Source: a virus (taxonomy: Duplodnaviria > Caudoviricetes). Taken from it: a stretch of DNA of 39,399 bases. The position numbers and the translations under genes were made by a program. Below the pieces are notes generated by a model. It was not told where the DNA came from and searched no databases. It saw nothing but the letters and a program-made list of their open reading frames with translations. Positions 34,936 to 39,399 of this stretch are shown piece after piece. Each line of letters opens with the position of its first letter. Position 1 is the first letter of the stretch. Where the stretch lies: IMG/VR virus record IMGVR_UViG_3300017548_000184, positions 1-39,399 of that record; one strand, given 5' to 3'.

Positions 34936-35285
34936 GGGGCGGTCCCGACAGCGCTCTGCATCACGGCCAGCTTGCGCTTCATCTTGCCCGGCATCGCCAA
35001 CAGACATGCCAGCGCACCTATGCAGTCGCCTGCTTGGGCGAGGCGCTGATTGCAGCACCGGCACATGATGCGGACGTTGCGGGTGCCAGGCGGTACACGG
35101 CCTCGGCGGAGCGGCATGATGTGGTCGAGAGAAGCGGCGCTTGCGACACCATGTGCGCCGCCGACTGAATGCGTGATCCGCACGCCGCAGCATCGACAGG
35201 GGGTTCCTACCGCCGAGGCCAGAAGCGCACGATAGCGGCTGCGGTCCTTCAATCGTCGGTTCGCTGACGAGGTGCGGGCGGTCAC
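34932..35285 (-). CDS. HNH endonuclease
   Basis: GTG at 35285; CRCCG...SLDHIMP...G.....N...MCRCCN. Confidence 0.7.
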   Translation of the reverse strand: MTARTSSANRRLKDRSRYRALLASAVGTPCRCCGVRITHSVGGAHGVASAASLDHIMPLRRGRVPPGTRNVRIMCRCCNQRLAQAGDCIGALACLLAMPGKMKRKLAVMQSAVGTAP

Positions 35286-35473
35286 GGCGCATCTCCGCGC
35301 ATCAGCCGCAACTCGCTGGCCGCATCCCGCAGCGCCTGACGCCATCCTTGGAGGCGCTCGAATAGCGAGCCTCGGCACCACATGAGCCGAACGACCCCCA
35401 TGCGCAGCTCCGGAATCAGGCCGGTGGTGTATCCGAAGCCGCAGCAGCCGACCTCGACGCAGATTGCGAACAT
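35282..35473 (-). CDS. Small hypothetical protein
   Basis: GGGAGG RBS, ATG at 35473, 63 aa, GTGA overlap with the HNH gene. Confidence 0.5.
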   Translation of the reverse strand: MFAICVEVGCCGFGYTTGLIPELRMGVVRLMWCRGSLFERLQGWRQALRDAASELRLMRGDAP

Positions 35474-35739
35474 GGCGTTCCTCCCGCGCGTTCCGCGCGC
35501 CCCTCGTCGATGAGCCGATAGATTTCCTCGCGGACCTCGTCGCATTCGACGCAGAGCCGGATCAGCTCAGCCGCGCGAGGCGCGTTGACCTTCGCGAACC
35601 AGTTCTTCACCGCGCGAGGGTCGCTGTGGACCGCGCGAGAGACCCACGTGATCGCGTATCGGATCAGGCCGTACTTGCGTTGGAGACCCAGCGCGACGCG
35701 GCTCGCCACGATCTCGGATGTGATTGCGGCGGTGGTCAT
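35416..35739 (-). CDS. CII-like HTH regulator
   Basis: VSRAVHSDPRAVKNWF...NAP....LIRL; downstream of cro. Confidence 0.6.
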   Translation of the reverse strand: MTTAAITSEIVASRVALGLQRKYGLIRYAITWVSRAVHSDPRAVKNWFAKVNAPRAAELIRLCVECDEVREEIYRLIDEGRAERAGGTPCSQSASRSAAAASDTPPA

Positions 35740-36202
35740 GACTTCTCTGTCGTCCTCCGCCCTGTTTCTGCGCACTCGACATGCTCCATGTTCTCGCTTG
35801 TCGAGGGCGGAACACGGTGAGCAGCAGAGGAGGCAGCAGCGATCGACGGTGAACACGCAGAGACGTTCGAGCCCCTGAGCAGGGCAGCGGATCGCCAGAT
35901 CGAGGCGCTCCGCATGGAGCGGAGGTTGGTGCAGTTGGCAGCGCGGCGCGGACAGATGCGGCCGCCGCTGTCGCCGCAGGAAGCGGACGACCTGCGGGCG
36001 CGCGTGTGGCGCGCGTTGCTGACCGGGAAGGAGTGAGCGGGAGAGGCCGGGGGGAAGCCGCCTCCCCCGCTCTGCGTCGCCGCGGAGGTCCAGCCGCGTG
36101 CGACGACGAAGGTTGGGGCGATGACGGCTGGCAAACCCGCCACCGCCCCGTCCACCATGGGAGATGCGACACAACCCATGGAGGCTGAGATGGCCCACGA
36201 CA

Positions 36203-36421
36203 TCACGCGGCCTCCGATGCGGAGGCGGTGTGCTGGTTGACGAAGTCGTCCGCCGTGACGGCGCCGTTGGAGGCTGCTCGGATGAGATTGATCTCAATCG
36301 GCGTCGGGAAGCGGTGCCCGTGAACCAATCGATGCATCCGGACGCGCGAGGGGATACCAGCCTCGCGCCCCCAGGCGGCGACGGTCTTTCCGGTGCTCCT
36401 GATGTAATCGAGCAGCTGCAT
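36203..36421 (-). CDS. Cro-like repressor
   Basis: MQLLDYI...G.T...W..EAGI...MHRL..G.R.P.....I..ASNGAVTADD; divergent from cI. Confidence 0.8.
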   Translation of the reverse strand: MQLLDYIRSTGKTVAAWGREAGIPSRVRMHRLVHGHRFPTPIEINLIRAASNGAVTADDFVNQHTASASEAA

Positions 36422-36427
36422 GGCGGG

Positions 36428-36452
36428 GAAAGTATCCGATCAGGATACTTTC
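36428..36452. promoter_or_regulatory. Operator: perfect 10-bp inverted repeat overlapping the leftward promoter
   Basis: GAAAGTATCC-GATCA-GGATACTTTC. Minus-strand TTGACC at 36458-53, with GATACT/TACTTT -10 candidates inside the repeat. Confidence 0.75.
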
Positions 36453-36505
36453 GGTCAACACATTAGAAACCGACCGCGTATCTGCGTCGGCTACAATGAC
36501 GCGCG

Positions 36506-36958
36506 ATGACGCCCGCCCCTGTCACGCCGCTCAGCATTGCCATGGAGGTCACTGGCACACGCCCGATCGATCTCGCGCGCGCAACGCGGCTCACCAAGCA
36601 GACCATCTGGAAGCTGCAAAACGGCCGCCAGGCAATGACAGCCGAGAAGGCTGAGCAGATCGCGCCAGCCCTCGGCCTCCCGTGGCCGGGCCTGCTTGAC
36701 CTCTACAAGTTGCGGGATCCTGAGCAGATAGCGCAGAAGGTCCGCGATTTGCTCGAGGGGAGCTCACCGACCATCCGGCCACCCCCGCAGCAGCCCGCGG
36801 ACGATGGAGACGAACTCGCACGACTCACAGCGCTCTGGCCCGAGCTGGACGCCGACGCTCGAAAGACGCTCCTCCTCGCGGCGCTGCGCCTGCGCGATGG
36901 CATTCGCCTGGAGCGGGCGCACCTTGCCCCGGACCGGAAACGGCACGACGACCCCTGA
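36506..36958 (+). CDS. CI-like XRE repressor without an S24 peptidase domain
   Basis: PIDLARATRLTKQTIWKLQNGRQ...A..IA.ALG; only 150 aa, with a short helical C-terminus; TACAAT 8 nt upstream of the ATG. Confidence 0.8.
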   Translation: MTPAPVTPLSIAMEVTGTRPIDLARATRLTKQTIWKLQNGRQAMTAEKAEQIAPALGLPWPGLLDLYKLRDPEQIAQKVRDLLEGSSPTIRPPPQQPADDGDELARLTALWPELDADARKTLLLAALRLRDGIRLERAHLAPDRKRHDDP

Positions 36959-37063
36959 CCCCTGCCTGTCACAGCCCATCCACGCATCCCCCTTGGGTTG
37001 TGTTTTTCGGTCCCAAAGAAACCGTAGGCACAGCCGCGGCCGTCCGCATAGATGGGACTTTGT

Positions 37064-37408
37064 TCACCACTTAAGGTTGTGAATGCGCGCGATCTGCCGG
37101 TCCGCAAACGAGCGGATCGCCTCCTGGTCCAGCACGGCGGGCACATAGGATCGGCCGCGCAGGCGGATAAGACGGTCATCGACGAGCCGGCGCAGCAGCT
37201 TCTCGGCGCCACGACGGGACATCCGCAGGTTGCGGGCGACATAGGCCACCGTGGCGGGCCGTCGCATCTGGTGGGCGTCGTAGACGATGGCGAGCGCGGC
37301 CAGGCGGTTGAGCCGACCGACGGTATCGGCGGCGTCAGTCGTGAGACCGGCGATGAAGCCGGCCAGCGCCAGCCGTTGCCGGCGCGTCGGTCGGTTGGGG
37401 ATGAGCAT
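37064..37408 (-). CDS. Winged-helix protein
   Basis: ATVAYVARNLRMSRRGAEKLLRRLVDDRLIRLRG. Confidence 0.55.
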   Translation of the reverse strand: MLIPNRPTRRQRLALAGFIAGLTTDAADTVGRLNRLAALAIVYDAHQMRRPATVAYVARNLRMSRRGAEKLLRRLVDDRLIRLRGRSYVPAVLDQEAIRSFADRQIARIHNLKW

Positions 37409-37506
37409 GACGCACGCTAACGCCCAAGGCGGCCAACCGGCGGGAGGTGCCGCGGCGCAACGCTGACATGCTCTCCTTCCGGCAACGCTGCGCAGTCCTC
37501 TGGGAG

Positions 37507-38139
37507 CTACTGACGCGGTTGCGTCCGATCGATGCCTTCATGAAGGCGGCAGAAGTGGATCGACAGTTTGAAAACGAAGAGATAAAAGCCTGCCATAGAG
37601 AGAGTAAAAAGCTTACATGACGATGTTCGGTGAATTTCCATGGGCACTGAATGTAGATCGTCGAGCAGAGCAACATGCTCTTCATCGAGAGGATTCTCTG
37701 CCGGCAGGTAGAACATACTTGTAACGGATTGCGATCTTATTGACTTCAATTTCGCTTCGATTTGTTCATTCTTCAGTCCGGCAGCGTCAAAGCGGGCACG
37801 GATATTGGACAGCTTGACAATAGGAGCAAATATAATCTTCGGAGGTAACGCACGTGCGTTCTCAGGCGCGACATCGCACGAGTTCGAAAGGACAATTCCG
37901 CGCACTGGTTTAATAGTGCCGGAAGCGAAGTGGTATACTTGAAGCCCGCGCCAGCCATCGCCCTGGAGCAGGTCTGCCTGAAACCGATCGGAAATGGGCG
38001 ATATGAAGTAACCCGCGGTCGCCCCCTTACTCAGCGCGTCTAGGTCCTTCAACAGAACCTTCCGAGCTGGATCGGCGGTCAAGTAATAAGGGATCTGTAG
38101 TCGAAGCGCGTCCTCGTCGAAGCTCATTGTGGCCATCAC
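37507..38139 (-). CDS. Hypothetical protein, possible PemK/MazF-like toxin
   Basis: LLQGD...GIVLSNSCDV...IIFAP...FYLP pattern; lower GC; GTGA-coupled to the upstream gene. Confidence 0.5.
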   Translation of the reverse strand: MMATMSFDEDALRLQIPYYLTADPARKVLLKDLDALSKGATAGYFISPISDRFQADLLQGDGWRGLQVYHFASGTIKPVRGIVLSNSCDVAPENARALPPKIIFAPIVKLSNIRARFDAAGLKNEQIEAKLKSIRSQSVTSMFYLPAENPLDEEHVALLDDLHSVPMEIHRTSSCKLFTLSMAGFYLFVFKLSIHFCRLHEGIDRTQPRQ

Positions 38140-38462
38140 GCCTCATAGAGGCTTTCAAGATCACTGAAGATTGCCGCTTCGAACTCTGCGCCCAAGCGCT
38201 CCTGACGCTGCGCGAACGAATAATAGAGTTCAGCGACCTGAGATGCGAACTGATCCACGTCAATCGAATCAATGGCGCTTGAATGACCAACGGAGTGCAT
38301 GAACCTGCTATAGGTTCGAACTTGGCTGACTATCTCGTACGGATCATCCATCTCATACGGATCCTGGCGGATCAGGTATGAGACTTGGGTGGCCATGACA
38401 GCCGCACCCAGGGCCCATGCCATGGCTGAATGAGTCGGCCTGGCGGCTATGAGTTCAATCAT
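38136..38462 (-). CDS. Small protein with acidic C-terminus (antitoxin candidate)
   Basis: ATG at 38462 or 38480; ends QERLGAEFEAAIFSDLESLYEA; overlaps both neighbours. Confidence 0.55.
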   Translation of the reverse strand: MIELIAARPTHSAMAWALGAAVMATQVSYLIRQDPYEMDDPYEIVSQVRTYSRFMHSVGHSSAIDSIDVDQFASQVAELYYSFAQRQERLGAEFEAAIFSDLESLYEA

Positions 38463-39204
38463 ACTTGGGGCCCATTTCATCGATTGTGCTTTGCGTTAAG
38501 CAACTGAAAAATTTAACCTTGTTGGCCTGACGTAGGCTTTCAACGGCGGGCGCGAGTTGCGCCGAAAATGTGGCGAAGTCCGGGAACTGAATGGAACGGA
38601 TGGAGTCTATATCCACTACGGCCCCGACGATCTTCTTGCCGTCTGGCATTTGTCCCTGCGCTCCCGTTATGACTGACAAAATGTGAAGAATATCTCCTTC
38701 CTTACGGTGAACTTGTACAGACAGATGATCGTCCTTCGCCTCAACATCACCAACCCGAACGGAAAGATTAATCTTTGAAATCTGCTCAGCCTGAGTAGTG
38801 GCGCGGATTACATTTACGTATTTGATAGAATATCTATCGATAGGCGCGACTATGTTTGCTCTAGCGATCTTATCAACTATATCAAGGATTGCTTCTTTGA
38901 AGCTCGGCCACTTTGGGTAGGGCATTTTGCACCCCACTACCACATTGCGACTCCCAAAGGAGATTGTGACGTGACGCCAATCCAATCGCGTGATGGGCGC
39001 AAATGCCAAATTCGGATCGCTCTCCCTAATGGGACGGGGAATCTCGGCCGCTGGGAGTCGCGCAATCGCCGGCTTTGGATCGAGCAGACCAAACAAAAGG
39101 CCAGGCAGCAGGTCTGCCAGGTAACGATGGCCTCCGCCCACGCGCACCTCGAAGACCGCATCGACCAGCGGTTCGTGCTCCAACGCGGTAGGCAAATTCG
39201 TCAT
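38455..39204 (-). CDS. TIGR04255 family protein
   Basis: ATG at 39204 with AGAGGA RBS; LP..L...PLVDAVFEVR, PYPKW..FK, RYSIKYVN.I, VDID, K..FFS.LT...I..M.P.Y pattern. Confidence 0.72.
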   Translation of the reverse strand: MTNLPTALEHEPLVDAVFEVRVGGGHRYLADLLPGLLFGLLDPKPAIARLPAAEIPRPIRESDPNLAFAPITRLDWRHVTISFGSRNVVVGCKMPYPKWPSFKEAILDIVDKIARANIVAPIDRYSIKYVNVIRATTQAEQISKINLSVRVGDVEAKDDHLSVQVHRKEGDILHILSVITGAQGQMPDGKKIVGAVVDIDSIRSIQFPDFATFSAQLAPAVESLRQANKVKFFSCLTQSTIDEMGPKYD

Positions 39205-39399
39205 GAAACGGCGATCCTCTTCGACGTGGGCGTGCAAGTATCCTGCCCCCGCACACCTCGGGCAAGAATCCGGAACAGCGCCAATCTGCCCCTCCCTCAC
39301 GATTCCCCCCCCCCCCCCACAAACCCCCCCCGGCCCGCCCCCCCCCCCCCCGCCCCGGCGCGCACCGCGGCCCCCGCGGCGCCCGTCCCCCAACCCCCG

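Noticed and set aside
37335-37480. Strong RBS (AAGGAG) with ATG at 37469 on the minus strand
   Set aside because: It opens only a 44-codon frame out of phase with the winged-helix gene. I cannot tell a leader peptide, a frameshift or chance apart from sequence alone.
39300-39399. Long poly-C tracts, as a possible G-quadruplex, repeat or Gly-rich N-terminus of the 312-aa ORF
   Set aside because: Low-complexity homopolymers at the very end of the sequence are typical of low-quality read tails or assembly artefacts. The gene more plausibly starts at ATG 39204.
1-39399. Integrase, att sites, tRNA, rRNA or CRISPR array
   Set aside because: None recognised. The integration module probably lies beyond the right end of the window, so prophage versus free phage cannot be decided.

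Overview
The window is most of a GC-rich temperate myophage or prophage genome, probably from an alphaproteobacterial host (perfect GAAC-N7-GAAC LexA box, GapR-like and DUF1376/DUF6456 genes). Nearly all genes lie on the minus strand. From right to left: a lower-GC three-gene TIGR04255 cassette; a cI/cro switch whose repressor has no peptidase domain; an early operon (CII-like, HNH, two DNA methyltransferases, GapR-like, RuvC-like, PD-(D/E)XK, DUF1376 replication initiator); terminases; a DUF1073/gp7/DUF2213/DUF2184 head; a contractile tail (DUF3383 sheath, DUF3277 tube, -1 frameshifted chaperone, tape measure, baseplate); fibre genes; lysis genes; and plus-strand morons including a LexA-box-linked SRAP locus. 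The most unusual signal is a 51-aa gene missing from the ORF track (9717-9872). Its first 18 residues copy the tail-sheath N-terminus (14/18 identical, 8 of those via different synonymous codons). It heads a four-gene module (adaptor, fibre, lyase-like 920-aa protein, LamG-like protein) that may be a sheath-anchored accessory appendage. No integrase or att site is visible, and the last ~100 nt look like low-quality sequence. All family assignments come from motif recognition and gene order, not database searches.
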